A stretch of 64,000 bases of DNA from an uncultured Flavobacteriales bacterium (GCA_905478325.1 CAJQIB010000010.1:3773-67772); one strand, 5' to 3'; positions 33,594 through 45,136 are shown, counted from the stretch's first letter. Made by a program: numbers and translations. Notes: generated from the sequence alone by a model not told the origin.

Positions 33594-33887
33594 TCAGATG
33601 TTCTCGTAGAAGTCAATCATTTCACCTTCAGCAATGCTGATGATGGCTTTCTTATATCCTACCGTGCGACCTTTGATCACACCGGTTTTAGTGAACCGTT
33701 GACGTGCCTTACCATCCACACGCAATGTGCGAACTGAGGTCACGGTTACACCGTATTCTTTCTCAACGGCCTTCTTGATCTCCACTTTGTTTGCTCCGTC
33801 ATGGACAACAAACCCGTAGGCGTTGTTCTTTTCGGTATCAGTGGTCATCTTTTCCGTGATGAGCGGCTTGATTAAAATTTGCTGCAT
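33594..33887 (-). CDS. rplW: 50S ribosomal protein L23
   Basis: [21 protein letters not shown]. Confidence 0.98.
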   Translation of the reverse strand: MQQILIKPLITEKMTTDTEKNNAYGFVVHDGANKVEIKKAVEKEYGVTVTSVRTLRVDGKARQRFTKTGVIKGRTVGYKKAIISIAEGEMIDFYENI

Positions 33888-33895
33888 AACGGAAA

Positions 33896-34522
33896 TTATT
33901 TAAGCAAACCTTCAATCACCTTGTGAGCGCCGTCAACAAAGATGAGAGTGTTGCAATTCAAAATATCGTAAGTGCTGATGTCTGAAGCGACCATAACACG
34001 GTGCTTGGCTAGGTTTCGACTGCTCAAGTAAACCGCTTCATTCGGACTTGGCAAAACCACCAATGTCTTTCGATCAACGAGCTCGAGTCCTTGCATCATG
34101 CCCAAGAAGCTTTGCGTCTTAGGAGCATCAATCTTCATGGCATCCACCACTACTATTGATTTATCCTTGGCCTTGTAGCTCAAAGCGCTTCGACGAGCCA
34201 ACTGCTTCACCTTGTGGTTTAGCTTTTGTGTGTAATCTCTTGGTTCTGGACCAAAAATATTTCCACCGCCTCGAAACAAAGGATTCTTAATCGATCCTGC
34301 ACGTGCGGTACCGGTTCCTTTTTGCTTCTTAATCTTGCGAGTAGAACCAGAAACCAACCCACGGTGCAACGTATCATGTGTTCCCTGACGCTGAGCAGCA
34401 CGGTAACGCTTGACATCCAAATAAATCGCATGGTCATTCGGCTCAATGCCGAATACTGCTTTGCTCAACGTGACTGACTTGTCAGTCTTGGAGCCGCTGG
34501 AGTTATATACGTCAAGTTTCAT
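33896..34522 (-). CDS. rplD: 50S ribosomal protein L4
   Basis: RQGTH, QKGTGTARAG, FRGGG. Confidence 0.99.
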   Translation of the reverse strand: MKLDVYNSSGSKTDKSVTLSKAVFGIEPNDHAIYLDVKRYRAAQRQGTHDTLHRGLVSGSTRKIKKQKGTGTARAGSIKNPLFRGGGNIFGPEPRDYTQKLNHKVKQLARRSALSYKAKDKSIVVVDAMKIDAPKTQSFLGMMQGLELVDRKTLVVLPSPNEAVYLSSRNLAKHRVMVASDISTYDILNCNTLIFVDGAHKVIEGLLK

Positions 34523-35151
34523 TACGCTTCAGGTTTACGGACTATAACAGTGGATCCGCGATGTCCAGGGACTGCTCCCTTTACCACCAAAACACCATCC
34601 TCAGCCAATACTTTTACCACTTCTAAGTTTTCAATGGTCACTCGCGTGTTACCCATTTGACCTGCCATTCGCATGCCTTTGAATACACGAGCTGGCGTCG
34701 ACGCCGCACCAATTGATCCCGGTGCACGCAAACGATTGTGCTGACCGTGGGTCGCTTGACCCACACCAGCAAAGCCGTGACGCTTAACAACACCTTGGAA
34801 ACCTTTTCCTTTTGTCAATCCGCTTACAGAAACGAATTCACCTTCATTGAAAATATCTTCTACTTTCAATTCATCGCCTGCATTCAATTCATTGGAGAAG
34901 CCTCTGAATTCTGCGATTTTGCGCTTGATACCGACACCGGCACGCTTAAAATGGCCTTGCATGGCCTTTGATGTCCGCTTTTCAGTGCGGTCACCAAATC
35001 CGAGTTGAATGGCTTTGTAGCCATCCTTCTCTAGGGTACGTACTTGCGTTACTACGCAAGGACCAACTTCTAGAATTGTGCATGGAATATTCTTCCCAGC
35101 GGCACTGTAGATGCTGGTCATACCTACTTTTTTCCCTATGAGTCCGGGCAT
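34522..35151 (-). CDS. rplC: 50S ribosomal protein L3
   Basis: [19 protein letters not shown]. Confidence 0.99.
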   Translation of the reverse strand: MPGLIGKKVGMTSIYSAAGKNIPCTILEVGPCVVTQVRTLEKDGYKAIQLGFGDRTEKRTSKAMQGHFKRAGVGIKRKIAEFRGFSNELNAGDELKVEDIFNEGEFVSVSGLTKGKGFQGVVKRHGFAGVGQATHGQHNRLRAPGSIGAASTPARVFKGMRMAGQMGNTRVTIENLEVVKVLAEDGVLVVKGAVPGHRGSTVIVRKPEA

Positions 35152-35190
35152 GATCTTGGTTATTACTTATATGATCTGACAGGCGGTCCG

Positions 35191-35496
35191 TCAGACTTTA
35201 ATTTCTACTTCTACGCCACTAGGCAATTCCAATCGCATCAATGCATCTACGGTCTTCGAAGAAGAACTGTAAATATCAATCAGGCGCTTGTATGCGTTCA
35301 ATTCAAACTGTTCACGCGACTTCTTGTTGACGTGCGGTGAACGCAAAACCGTGTAAATACGTTGGTGAGTTGGCAACGGAACGGGCCCGCTAATAACAGC
35401 ACCTGTGGTCTTCACAGTCTTGACAATTTTCTCAGCGGACTTATCGACCAGATTGTGATCGTAAGACTTGAGTTTTATGCGGATTTTCTGAGTCAT
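35191..35496 (-). CDS. rpsJ: 30S ribosomal protein S10
   Basis: [22 protein letters not shown]; start placed at ATG 35496. Confidence 0.99.
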   Translation of the reverse strand: MTQKIRIKLKSYDHNLVDKSAEKIVKTVKTTGAVISGPVPLPTHQRIYTVLRSPHVNKKSREQFELNAYKRLIDIYSSSSKTVDALMRLELPSGVEVEIKV

Positions 35497-35512
35497 GAGT
35501 ATTTGAATGTGC

Positions 35513-37612
35513 TTAGCCTTGAGCTTCAGCAATCACTTTTTCCTGAACATGGGTTGGCGCACCTGAATAGTGACTAAACGACATGGATGACGTTGCACGG
35601 CCTGAGGTCAATGTCCTCAAGTCTGTAACATATCCGAACATTTCTGACAAGGGCACTTTGGCGTTGACAATGGTCTTACCTGAACGCTCACCAGTTCCTT
35701 CGATAAGCGAACGACGCTTGTTGAGGTCACCAATGACATCACCCATGTTTTCATCTGGAGTCACGACCTCCAGCTGCATCATAGGTTCCAAAATGCGCGG
35801 CTGGCATTGCTTGATCGCATGACGGTAAGCCATTTTGGCGGCCAATTCAAACGACAACTGATCTGAGTCAACTGCGTGGAAACTTCCATCAAGCAATTCT
35901 ACAGCCATGCTGTCCATTTGATATCCTGCCAATACACCGTTCTTCATCGCTTCCTCAAAACCTTTCTGCACTGAAGGAACAAATTCCTTCGGAACGTTTC
36001 CGCCCTTCACAGAGTTCTTGAAAACCAATCCAGTTTCTTCCGGAGTTGGAGACGGGCCGATGTTGACAACGATGTCCGCGAACTTTCCGCGTCCACCAGA
36101 TTGCTTCTTGTAAACCTCACGGTGCTTCGTACCACCGAAAATCGCTTCCTTGTAATTCACTTGAGGCGCTCCTTGATTGCACTCAACCTTGAATTCACGA
36201 CGCAAACGATCCACCAATACTTCCAAGTGCAATTCACCCATTCCTGAGATGACCGTTTGACCAGTCTCTTCATCCGTCTTCACACGGAATGTAGGATCTT
36301 CTTCAGAAAGCTTAGACAAGCCATTGGACAGCTTATCCAAATCAACCTGAGACTTCGGTTCAATCGCAATACCAATTACTGGCTCTGGGAAAGACATGCT
36401 CTCGAGCACAATCGACGAACCTTCAGCACAGAGTGTGTCGCCCGTCTTGATATCCTTAAACCCTACCACAGCTCCAATGTCGCCGGCTTCCAATACATCG
36501 ATCGGGTTCTGCTTGTTGGAGTGCATTTGGAAAATTCGTGAAATACGCTCCTTCTTACCTGATCGCGTATTGACTACATACGATCCAGCAGGTAGCGTAC
36601 CCGAATAGGCTCTTACGAAACAAAGTCGACCAACAAAAGGATCCGTAGCAATCTTAAATGCTAAGCCAGCAAATGGCTCATCGGGATCCGGCTTGCGTTC
36701 AATCTGAATGCTCTCATCGTCCACATCCGTTCCCACAATAGCTTCAACATCATAAGGAGAAGGCAAGTACTGCATGACCGCATCGAGCATGGTCTGCACT
36801 CCCTTGTTCTTAAATGCTGAGCCACACAATAGCGGTGTGATCTGCATGCCAATGGTGGCCTTGCGAATCGCATCGATAATTTCTTCTTCAGTCAAACTGT
36901 CTGGATCCTCGAAGTACTTCTCCATCAGAACATCGTTCTGCTCGGCAGCGGCTTCGATCAACAATCCACGATACTCAGCAACGACTTCAACCAGATCCTC
37001 TGGAATTGGAATCTCATTCCACGTCGACCCCATATCCTCTTCGTTCCAAATGAACGCCTTGTTCTTCACCAAGTCAACGACTCCTTTGAAATCATCCTCA
37101 GCTCCAATAGGCACCTGCAACGGAACAGGACGTGCACCAAGCATGTCCTTGATCATTCCGACTACGTTGAAGAAGTCAGCTCCTGATCGGTCCATCTTAT
37201 TGATGAATCCAATCCTCGGTACCTTGTACTTATCAGCTAAACCCCAGTTGGTTTCAGATTGTGGTTCAACACCCGAAACGGCACAAAACAGAGCAACCGC
37301 TCCATCCAATACACGCAATGAACGCTCTACCTCTACCGTAAAGTCAACGTGGCCCGGTGTGTCAATGATGTTGATTCTGTAATCTTCATCTCTGAATTTC
37401 CAGAAACAAGTTGTTGCAGCAGACGTGATGGTGATACCACGCTCTTGCTCTTGCTCCATCCAATCCATCGTAGCAGCACCATCGTGCACCTCTCCGATTT
37501 TGTGAGAAATCCCGGTGTAATACAATACACGCTCTGTTGTTGTGGTTTTACCCGCATCAACGTGAGCCATGATACCGATGTTCCGCGTATAGTTGAGGTC
37601 TCTTTTAGCCAT
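35513..37612 (-). CDS. fusA: Elongation factor G
   Basis: [30 protein letters not shown]. Confidence 0.99.
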   Translation of the reverse strand: MAKRDLNYTRNIGIMAHVDAGKTTTTERVLYYTGISHKIGEVHDGAATMDWMEQEQERGITITSAATTCFWKFRDEDYRINIIDTPGHVDFTVEVERSLRVLDGAVALFCAVSGVEPQSETNWGLADKYKVPRIGFINKMDRSGADFFNVVGMIKDMLGARPVPLQVPIGAEDDFKGVVDLVKNKAFIWNEEDMGSTWNEIPIPEDLVEVVAEYRGLLIEAAAEQNDVLMEKYFEDPDSLTEEEIIDAIRKATIGMQITPLLCGSAFKNKGVQTMLDAVMQYLPSPYDVEAIVGTDVDDESIQIERKPDPDEPFAGLAFKIATDPFVGRLCFVRAYSGTLPAGSYVVNTRSGKKERISRIFQMHSNKQNPIDVLEAGDIGAVVGFKDIKTGDTLCAEGSSIVLESMSFPEPVIGIAIEPKSQVDLDKLSNGLSKLSEEDPTFRVKTDEETGQTVISGMGELHLEVLVDRLRREFKVECNQGAPQVNYKEAIFGGTKHREVYKKQSGGRGKFADIVVNIGPSPTPEETGLVFKNSVKGGNVPKEFVPSVQKGFEEAMKNGVLAGYQMDSMAVELLDGSFHAVDSDQLSFELAAKMAYRHAIKQCQPRILEPMMQLEVVTPDENMGDVIGDLNKRRSLIEGTGERSGKTIVNAKVPLSEMFGYVTDLRTLTSGRATSSMSFSHYSGAPTHVQEKVIAEAQG

Positions 37613-37639
37613 AATCTTATCTACGTAATCAGTTCGTAA

Positions 37640-38107
37640 TCAGAAACGGAAATGCGAGAATGCCTTGTTTGCCTCTGCCATTCGGTGGGTGTCTTCTTTC
37701 TTCTTGAAAGTAGCTCCCTCCTCCTTAGCCGCAGCAACCACTTCAGATGCCAGACGCTCCGACATGGATTTCTCATTTCGCTTGCGCGCATATCCGATCA
37801 ACCATTTCATGGCCAAACTGACCTTGCGTGAATCGCGGATAGGCTGTGGGATTTGAAAAGTCGCACCACCCACACGGCGGCTACGTACTTCCACTCCAGG
37901 AGTGACATTGTCCAAAGCCCGCTTGAATACTTCCAAGCTATCCTCCTCGGTGCGTTCTGCAACGCGATCCATGGCTTTGTAGAATATATCGAACGCTACG
38001 CTTTTCTTCCCGTCCAACATTAAATTGTTGACGAAACTCGTAACGAGTACACTGTCGAATCGTGGATCCGGCAGAATCAAATGCTTTTTGGCTACTCTCC
38101 TTCTCAT
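37640..38107 (-). CDS. rpsG: 30S ribosomal protein S7
   Basis: RRVGGATFQ, HRMAEANKAF. Confidence 0.99.
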   Translation of the reverse strand: MRRRVAKKHLILPDPRFDSVLVTSFVNNLMLDGKKSVAFDIFYKAMDRVAERTEEDSLEVFKRALDNVTPGVEVRSRRVGGATFQIPQPIRDSRKVSLAMKWLIGYARKRNEKSMSERLASEVVAAAKEEGATFKKKEDTHRMAEANKAFSHFRF

Positions 38108-38113
38108 GATCGC

Positions 38114-38494
38114 TTACTTCTTGGCTTTAGGCCGCTTAGTTCCATATTTAGAACGACGTTGTGAACGTCCCTCTACACCTGCGGTGTCCAATGCGCCACG
38201 CACAATGTGGTATCGAACACCTGGTAAATCTTTTACACGACCGCCACGAACCAATACAATGCTGTGCTCTTGTAGGTTGTGCCCTTCACCACCAATGTAG
38301 GCATTGACTTCGTTGCCGTTAGTCAATCGCACACGGGCGACTTTCCTCATGGCGGAGTTCGGCTTCTTTGGAGTCGTGGTATATACACGGACGCAAACGC
38401 CGCGCCTTTGTGGGCACGAATCCAAAGCGGCAGATTTGCTCGCTTGGGTCTTCGTTACGCGTCCTTTTCGGATGAGCTGCTGTATGGTAGGCAT
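38114..38494 (-). CDS. rpsL: 30S ribosomal protein S12
   Basis: [15 protein letters not shown]. Confidence 0.99.
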   Translation of the reverse strand: MPTIQQLIRKGRVTKTQASKSAALDSCPQRRGVCVRVYTTTPKKPNSAMRKVARVRLTNGNEVNAYIGGEGHNLQEHSIVLVRGGRVKDLPGVRYHIVRGALDTAGVEGRSQRRSKYGTKRPKAKK

Positions 38495-38554
38495 TCGACC
38501 TGATCTATCAGATTATGTTTAAACAATATCTTTTTCCCCGCAATAAAGGGGGTG

Positions 38555-38584
38555 CAAAAGTAGCAGATTATGAGTTAAAAACAA
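38555..38584 (-). promoter_or_regulatory. Bacteroidota -33/-7 promoter of the str/ribosomal cluster
   Basis: Minus strand TTG-N19-TACTTTTG matches the TTG-N19-TAnnTTTG consensus. Confidence 0.75.
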
Positions 38585-38775
38585 GCGGCACCGCAGGGTT
38601 TTTTCAAGCAGACCCCACATTCACCTTCAAGCCTCTTTAAAATGAGCCGTTTAACAGGGGCTACAGACGCGCAAAAAACCTCATATATGGCACCTCGAAT
38701 GAATAGTTTTTCACAATGTTGCGAAGAGAGACCTCCCCCTACTTCGATAAGCGAATCACTTCATACCTTCACCTT

Positions 38776-41169
38776 GTGGAATTTCTGAACGATTTAAACG
38801 AGGCGCAGAGGGGAGCGGCAAGCCATGTTGAGGGCCCCATGATGGTCATTGCTGGAGCAGGATCGGGTAAAACGCGCGTACTGACCTACCGCATCGCCCA
38901 TTTGATTTCGAAAGGCACCGATGCGTTTTCCATCCTCGCCTTGACGTTTACAAACAAGGCGGCCAGAGAAATGAAAGATCGAATCGCCAAGGTAATTGGC
39001 GATGGCGAGGCACGGAACGTTTGGATGGGAACCTTTCACAGTGTCTTCGCTCGCATCTTGCGCATCGAAAGTGAGCGGATCAACTACCCCCGAAACTTCA
39101 CCATTTACGACACATCAGATAGCCGAGCATTGATCAAGGATATTGTCAAAGGGCTCGGCTTGGACGACAAAGTATACAAAGCTGCGAGCGTCCAATCACG
39201 GATATCCAACGCCAAAAACAACCTGATTGACGCAAAAGGGTATGCCGATAATACAGACATCATGTCTGAAGACACTCAGGCAGGACGGCCCCGGATTCAT
39301 GAGGTATATCGGGCGTACGAAAGCCGCTGTTTTCGCGCACAAGCGATGGATTTTGATGACCTCTTATTCAAAATGAATGTGTTGTTGAGGGACTTTCCGG
39401 ACTTGCTTCTGAAGTACCAGCACAAGTTTCAATACATCTTGGTCGATGAGTATCAGGACACCAACTTTTCTCAATATGTCATCATCAAACAACTGGCGGC
39501 ATTGCGAGAGAATCTTTGCGTTGTTGGCGATGATGCACAATCCATCTATGGATTTCGCGGAGCCAACATTGAGAATATCCTGAATTTCAAAAAGGACTAT
39601 CCTGATTTCGCGATGTACAAGCTCGAGCAAAACTACCGCTCGACTCAATTCATCGTGAACGCGGCCAATAGTGTCATCGCTCACAATTCAGAGCAGATTG
39701 AGAAAGTTGTTTGGACCTCCAATGAAGCAGGTCAACGCATCCAAATTAACCGGTGTTATTCAGACAACGAAGAGGGCAAGCTCGTCGCGTCTCAAGTCTT
39801 TGACGTACACAACCAGAATCAAGTCCATTGGAAGAATTTTGCCATTCTCTATCGCACCAATGCGCAATCCCGAGCTTTTGAGGAGAGCTTTCGAAAACTC
39901 AATATTCCATACCGCATATTCGGAGGGCTATCATTTTATCAGCGCAAAGAGATCAAGGACCTCATCGCCTATTTCAGATTGACAGCAAATCATCGGGATG
40001 AAGAGGCCCTCAAACGGGTCATCAACTACCCTGCACGTGGCATAGGTAAAACCACTATGGATCGGCTACTTGTGGAATCAACCGCACGTGACGTGTCCAT
40101 TTGGGAGTTGGTAACAGACCCCTTCAACCCGCCAGAAAGCGTTCAGGGAGCGGCGCTGCGCAAGGTCCAGGATTTCACAGCAATGGTTCAAGGTTTTGCA
40201 GCCGAAATGCACACCAAAGATGCCCATGACTTGGGCATGCACATCGCCAAACACACCGGACTGGTTCATACGCTGTATCAAGACAAAACACCTGAGGGCG
40301 TTGCTCGATATGACAACTTGCAAGAATTGCTCAATGGCATGAAGGCCTTCACTGATCAATCGAAAGCAAGCACTCCGGATGAAGTTCCCACATTGGGAGA
40401 TTTCTTGATGGACGTGGCCTTACTGACCGATGCCGATCAAGACGATGGTGACGACAACAAAGTTGGTTTTATGAGCATCCATGCGGCAAAAGGATTGGAG
40501 TTTGCTCATGTGTTCGTCGTAGGCATGGAAGAGAATCTATTCCCTAGTCAAATGGCCATGGAGTCGCGAGCGGACATGGAAGAAGAGCGACGGCTCTTTT
40601 ACGTTGCCATTACACGAGCAGAAAAAAGCTGCACGTTGAGCTATGCCCTGACCCGCTACAAATGGGGACAACTCATTCAAGCAGAATCCAGTCGGTTTTT
40701 AGAAGAGATTGATCCAGAGTGTGTTATCATGCCATCTGCCCAAGCAGCCAAACCCAATCCTTTTGCAGGTGGAGCTGGCATGGAGGCCGCGCGCAATTCA
40801 TGGCAATCCATGAGCAGTGGGAAGAGCCAACCTCAATCCGCTTTTGACCGGCTTTCGAAAAAAGCTCAACCCAAGAATACAGCAAGCCCATTCAAAGGAG
40901 CCGCGGCACCTGTTATTCCAAAGTCGGCATCAGGGAAGCCCTTAAAACGTATGGAGGGAAGCCCTTCGTCGGAGCGGCAGGACACAACGCAAACCGCATC
41001 CGCAAGCGTATTGCAGGAAGGCACTCAAGTGCAGCATGAACGATTTGGAAAAGGAAAAATAACCCGCATCGAAGGGGAGGCGCCGAATCAAAAAGCAACC
41101 GTGTTTTTCCCTTCAGCTGGCCAAAAACAATTGCTACTAAAATTCGCGAAACTTCAAGTTATTTCGTGA
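38776..41169 (+). CDS. pcrA: ATP-dependent DNA helicase PcrA/UvrD
   Basis: AGAGSGKT, VDEYQD, GDDAQSIY, HAAKGLEF, YVAITRA, C-terminal Tudor-like domain; GTG start 38776. Confidence 0.95.
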   Translation: MEFLNDLNEAQRGAASHVEGPMMVIAGAGSGKTRVLTYRIAHLISKGTDAFSILALTFTNKAAREMKDRIAKVIGDGEARNVWMGTFHSVFARILRIESERINYPRNFTIYDTSDSRALIKDIVKGLGLDDKVYKAASVQSRISNAKNNLIDAKGYADNTDIMSEDTQAGRPRIHEVYRAYESRCFRAQAMDFDDLLFKMNVLLRDFPDLLLKYQHKFQYILVDEYQDTNFSQYVIIKQLAALRENLCVVGDDAQSIYGFRGANIENILNFKKDYPDFAMYKLEQNYRSTQFIVNAANSVIAHNSEQIEKVVWTSNEAGQRIQINRCYSDNEEGKLVASQVFDVHNQNQVHWKNFAILYRTNAQSRAFEESFRKLNIPYRIFGGLSFYQRKEIKDLIAYFRLTANHRDEEALKRVINYPARGIGKTTMDRLLVESTARDVSIWELVTDPFNPPESVQGAALRKVQDFTAMVQGFAAEMHTKDAHDLGMHIAKHTGLVHTLYQDKTPEGVARYDNLQELLNGMKAFTDQSKASTPDEVPTLGDFLMDVALLTDADQDDGDDNKVGFMSIHAAKGLEFAHVFVVGMEENLFPSQMAMESRADMEEERRLFYVAITRAEKSCTLSYALTRYKWGQLIQAESSRFLEEIDPECVIMPSAQAAKPNPFAGGAGMEAARNSWQSMSSGKSQPQSAFDRLSKKAQPKNTASPFKGAAAPVIPKSASGKPLKRMEGSPSSERQDTTQTASASVLQEGTQVQHERFGKGKITRIEGEAPNQKATVFFPSAGQKQLLLKFAKLQVIS

Positions 41170-41822
41170 TGAATACGCTGTCGGGCCCCTGTTTTTTGAT
41201 TGCAGTCCTCTGTGCGTTTGGCTGCCGTCCAGAACCGGATGGCCAACTGCAGATCCAAGTCCATGCGCAGCATGCCGATGCAGAAACAGTAGCCCCCAAC
41301 ATCCAGCTCACACTGGCAAGACGGGTATTGGCTGATGGTATTCTCAACGGGAATTACGAGACGGTGGCCAGCACACAAACCGATGGCTCAGGCTTCGGAG
41401 AATTGAACTTTCAGCGGGTCAACGCGCTGGATTATAGACTCACCGCTACCGGACTCGATTGGTTTTCTTTGGAAGAGTCCATCAACCCCGATGTCTTTAT
41501 CGACTCCAAAGTTCTCGCTCTGGATTTTGACGTCATGCCCAGAGCCAACGTCATCATTCGATTGATCAATGCCAATCCGTTTCAGACTGACGATGCCATC
41601 GAGTTTCGAACGCTCAACATAGCCGGATCTTACGCTACCTGCTCCAATGCTTGGGAGTCCCACACGGGGTTGGACGTGGACATTCAACGGTCTTGTAATA
41701 TCGAAGCCGATCGGTATCTACCCTACATCTACCGTGTCTTTAGAAACAATGAATGGACGGAAATGGTTGACTCGCTGTATATCGCCCAAGGCGATAGCGC
41801 ATCCCTCCAAATTGCCTGGTAA
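41166..41822 (+). CDS. Hypothetical lipoprotein
   Basis: Hydrophobic signal with CAFG-C; beta-rich; GTGA overlap with pcrA. Confidence 0.65.
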   Translation: MMNTLSGPCFLIAVLCAFGCRPEPDGQLQIQVHAQHADAETVAPNIQLTLARRVLADGILNGNYETVASTQTDGSGFGELNFQRVNALDYRLTATGLDWFSLEESINPDVFIDSKVLALDFDVMPRANVIIRLINANPFQTDDAIEFRTLNIAGSYATCSNAWESHTGLDVDIQRSCNIEADRYLPYIYRVFRNNEWTEMVDSLYIAQGDSASLQIAW

Positions 41823-41831
41823 TCCCTCTGC

Positions 41832-42473
41832 ATGCTCCCTGAATCACACCACTTCGAGGTCACGAAAACAGCGCGTTATTTCACGCTTGGACCAGAGATC
41901 ACTACCAACTCCCGTATCCTCATTGCCTTGCATGGATATGGCCAATTGCCTCAATTTTTCTTACGACGATTCCAACCGTTGGCTGATTTGGGGTGGACCA
42001 TTGTTGCCCCGGAAGGGTTTCATCGATTTTATAACGAGGGGACTTCTGGACGTGTAGGAGCCTCCTGGATGACCAAAGAAGACCGCTTGACCGACATGGT
42101 CGATTATGTGCGCTATTTGGACGCCCTCGCTGCCCACCTTGACTTGACGAATCGTAAGCCTGCTTTGCTCGGCTTCTCGCAAGGAGTTGCGACAGCAGCG
42201 CGCTGGGCAAGTTTAGGAAACGTATCATTCAGTCGATTGATTTTTTGGGCTGGTGTATTTCCCCCGGACTTGGATTGGAAGGATGAAATTCAACCTTTGA
42301 TCTCGACCCCTATTGATGTTGCACTTGGGAATTCAGACCCCTTTTTCGACACGCAACTGCTCCGCGACACCTCGAGTCTTCTTGAGACGCATGGCATCCC
42401 GCATCGCAACCACACCTTTGAAGGTGGGCATGCCGTGGATCCTGAATTGCTGACCCAACTCCTATCTGAATAA
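41832..42473 (+). CDS. Alpha/beta hydrolase (esterase/phospholipase)
   Basis: HGYG oxyanion hole, GFSQG nucleophile, DPFF, GGH. Confidence 0.88.
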   Translation: MLPESHHFEVTKTARYFTLGPEITTNSRILIALHGYGQLPQFFLRRFQPLADLGWTIVAPEGFHRFYNEGTSGRVGASWMTKEDRLTDMVDYVRYLDALAAHLDLTNRKPALLGFSQGVATAARWASLGNVSFSRLIFWAGVFPPDLDWKDEIQPLISTPIDVALGNSDPFFDTQLLRDTSSLLETHGIPHRNHTFEGGHAVDPELLTQLLSE

Positions 42474-42522
42474 GCTTGGTCTGTCGGTCCAGCTTGCTGT
42501 AATTTTGCATTCAACTTGTAAC

Positions 42523-44337
42523 ATGATGAAATCAACTCACCTTGAACGCCTGCTTCTGGCAGCTTGTTTGCTGATCAATGTCAACGCGTTTTCGCAGAGT
42601 ACATTGGGCTGGCCACATGCCATTACTGAAGCAGAGCGCAACCATATAGAGCGCGTCGGCTTTGCCCCCGTAGAATCACGGGGAATTGAGACTCCCCCGC
42701 CTTACGATAACATTCGGACAGCGGCTGAATGGGAAGAAGTGGAAGCTTTGACCATATCATGGACATCGTTTCCCTGCATTCAGAAGCAAATTGTGGCGGG
42801 TGCTCAAAACGAATGTTTGGTGATTGTATTCGCTGATGACCCGAGCGAAGCAGAGTCTTACCTGACCGGAAACTCTTGCGGAGGAGCGCTCACCATGGAA
42901 AATGTGCAAATAGTAGAAACCGAATACAACACCATTTGGATTCGCGATTACGGCGCAAACACGGTGTATGGAAATTGGAATGATGACCGTGTATTGGTCG
43001 ACTGGATCTACAACCGTCCACGTCCAGAAGACGACGCGATTCCTGACGTTCTCGCGGAGACCATGGGCATTGACTTGTACAGCACAACCGCTGAACCATC
43101 CGATCTCATGAACACCGGAGGCAACTGGATGTCCGATGGATTTGGAACCGCCTTCGCTTCTGAATTGGTCCTGGATGAAAATGATGGCGGATCGACGTGG
43201 TGGACGGATTTTCCCAACCACACTGAAGCCGAGATTGACGGCATCATGTCTGACTTCCACGGTACGGAAACATTCATTAAAATGCCGACGTTGCCTTTTG
43301 ACGGCATCCATCACATCGACATGCACATGAAACTACTCGATGAGAGCACCTTGTTGGTCGCAGAATACCCTGAAGGCGTTGCTGATGGCCCACAAATTGA
43401 TGCCAACATGGAGTATGTATTGTCCAACTTCACCACCCGCTGGGGCACCCCTTTTGACGTCGTGCGGATTCCAAGTCCTCCGGAACAAGGCGGTGGAGGT
43501 GGATATCCTGATGAAAATGGCTGGTACTTGACGTACACGAACTCCGTTTTCGTCAACAACACCCTTTTACTACCGACGTATTATACAGAATATGACACCA
43601 CGGCCTTGCGCATCTACTCCGAGCTTTTGCCGGGATACAATGTCGTCGGAATTGATTGTGACAACAACGGACAAGCAATCATTTCGCAGAGCGGGGCGAT
43701 CCATTGCATCACCCATACCGTTGGAGTGGAGGATCCTTTGATGATCAGCCACCTCCCATTGTCGGATACAGAGAACACCGACACGCCTTACACAGTGGAG
43801 TCGTACATCAGTCATCGAAGTGGCATTGTGACAGCGACGATGCATTGGTCAACCAGTCCCGAAGGCCCCTGGAATTTCGTCTCTATGAACCCGCTAGCCG
43901 GATCCACGTCCGATTGGACGGCTGATATCCCGACACAGACAGAAGGAACTACGGTGTACTACTACATCGAAGCGGAGGCCTCCTCTGGCAAGGTCGGAAC
44001 GCGCCCCATGCCAGCTCCCGCAGGCTGGTGGAGTTTTGACGTCGGCGCTATCACATCCGTTGCAGAAAACAATGGAGGAGTGCATTTCCCGGCCGCTTTT
44101 CCCAATCCAGCCAGCGCCATCACATGTGTTCCTTTGGAAATGGACACTTCAAGCGAAGGAACGCTTTCCCTTTACAATGCATGGGGACAGCGTGTGGATG
44201 TGCTACACCAAGGCCAATTCCCCGCAGGAAATAGCAAGTACTTCTTCCATGCACAGCCGCACGCAGCTGGCGCATATGTGCTCTTATTGGAGCTCAACGG
44301 AAAGGGTGTTTGGTCCCAACGTGTCATGATCCAGTAA
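42523..44337 (+). CDS. Secreted agmatine/peptidylarginine deiminase family protein with T9SS CTD
   Basis: Signal peptide, AEWE, WIRDYG, GGN, HIDM, GAIHCIT; CTD AFPNP...YNAWGQ...GAYVL. Confidence 0.88.
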   Translation: MMKSTHLERLLLAACLLINVNAFSQSTLGWPHAITEAERNHIERVGFAPVESRGIETPPPYDNIRTAAEWEEVEALTISWTSFPCIQKQIVAGAQNECLVIVFADDPSEAESYLTGNSCGGALTMENVQIVETEYNTIWIRDYGANTVYGNWNDDRVLVDWIYNRPRPEDDAIPDVLAETMGIDLYSTTAEPSDLMNTGGNWMSDGFGTAFASELVLDENDGGSTWWTDFPNHTEAEIDGIMSDFHGTETFIKMPTLPFDGIHHIDMHMKLLDESTLLVAEYPEGVADGPQIDANMEYVLSNFTTRWGTPFDVVRIPSPPEQGGGGGYPDENGWYLTYTNSVFVNNTLLLPTYYTEYDTTALRIYSELLPGYNVVGIDCDNNGQAIISQSGAIHCITHTVGVEDPLMISHLPLSDTENTDTPYTVESYISHRSGIVTATMHWSTSPEGPWNFVSMNPLAGSTSDWTADIPTQTEGTTVYYYIEAEASSGKVGTRPMPAPAGWWSFDVGAITSVAENNGGVHFPAAFPNPASAITCVPLEMDTSSEGTLSLYNAWGQRVDVLHQGQFPAGNSKYFFHAQPHAAGAYVLLLELNGKGVWSQRVMIQ

Positions 44338-44360
44338 CTCAAGACAACCGGCTCGATAAC

Positions 44361-44388
44361 AAAAAAACCTCGTCACCGAGGTTTTTTT
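44361..44388. terminator. Bidirectional intrinsic terminator
   Basis: AAAAAAACCTCG-TCAC-CGAGGTTTTTTT between convergent genes. Confidence 0.9.
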
Positions 44389-44410
44389 ATGCGCTAACAA
44401 TTTGAGATTC

Positions 44411-45136
44411 TCAATTCCTACGTCCCAATAGCCGCAGCAGGAACAAGAACAGGTTGATGAAGTTCAGATACAAACTTGTCGCACCGAGAATGGCCAATTT
44501 GGTTCCCGTTTCCGACCCGTACTCAACTCCAGCAGCAATTCGCTTGAGTCGTTGGGTGTCATATGCGATGAGCCCTGTGAAAATCAGCACCCCTCCAATG
44601 CTAATGATGTAATCCAGACCTGCCGAACCGATAAACCAATTGACAAAACTGGCAATGATAATCCCGATTAACGCCATCATGAGCAGGCTTCCAAACTTGG
44701 TTAAATCGGTTTTTGTCGTGTAACCAATCACAGCCATTACGCCAAAGGTTACCGCGGTAATGACGAAAACCTGCGAGATGCTCGATGCAGAATAAACCAA
44801 AAATATACTACTCAAGGAAACCCCCATGATCGCACTAAAAGCTAGAAAAAGGAGGGTTAACGACATGGAAGACCAACGCTGAAACCCCATGTTCATCGCA
44901 ACGATAAAACCGAGCGGAGCCAACATCACGACCCACCCAAGTCCTGACATACCGCCTGTTTCAAGGTTGTACAGTTTAGCCACTAAGCCTGACTGCGCCA
45001 CATAGTAGGCCGCTGAGGCAGTCATCACCAAACCGGCGACCATCCAACTGAAAACATGTGCAATGAATCGGCTGATGGTAGAATCATCTTCAATCAACGC
45101 ATCGTCAACGATTCGGGGAGCTTGATATTCGTTCAT
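44411..45136 (-). CDS. Bax inhibitor-1/YccA family membrane protein
   Basis: Seven hydrophobic segments, GYTTKTDL, AYDTQ, LYLNFINLF. Confidence 0.92.
   Translation of the reverse strand: MNEYQAPRIVDDALIEDDSTISRFIAHVFSWMVAGLVMTASAAYYVAQSGLVAKLYNLETGGMSGLGWVVMLAPLGFIVAMNMGFQRWSSMSLTLLFLAFSAIMGVSLSSIFLVYSASSISQVFVITAVTFGVMAVIGYTTKTDLTKFGSLLMMALIGIIIASFVNWFIGSAGLDYIISIGGVLIFTGLIAYDTQRLKRIAAGVEYGSETGTKLAILGATSLYLNFINLFLFLLRLLGRRN

Noticed and set aside
35497..35512. No tuf between fusA and rpsJ, no adk near secY, no dnaK between grpE and dnaJ, carA without carB
   Set aside because: Normal Bacteroidota gene order, not gene loss
36774..37382. 202-aa plus-strand ORF
   Set aside because: Antisense to fusA; codon-bias shadow
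38495..38775. 281-bp rpsL-pcrA gap as a possible sRNA or small ORF
   Set aside because: Explained by two divergent promoters; the short plus-strand ORF runs antisense over the rpsL promoter and has no features
42757..43326. 189-aa minus-strand ORF
   Set aside because: Antisense to the deiminase gene; no recognisable features
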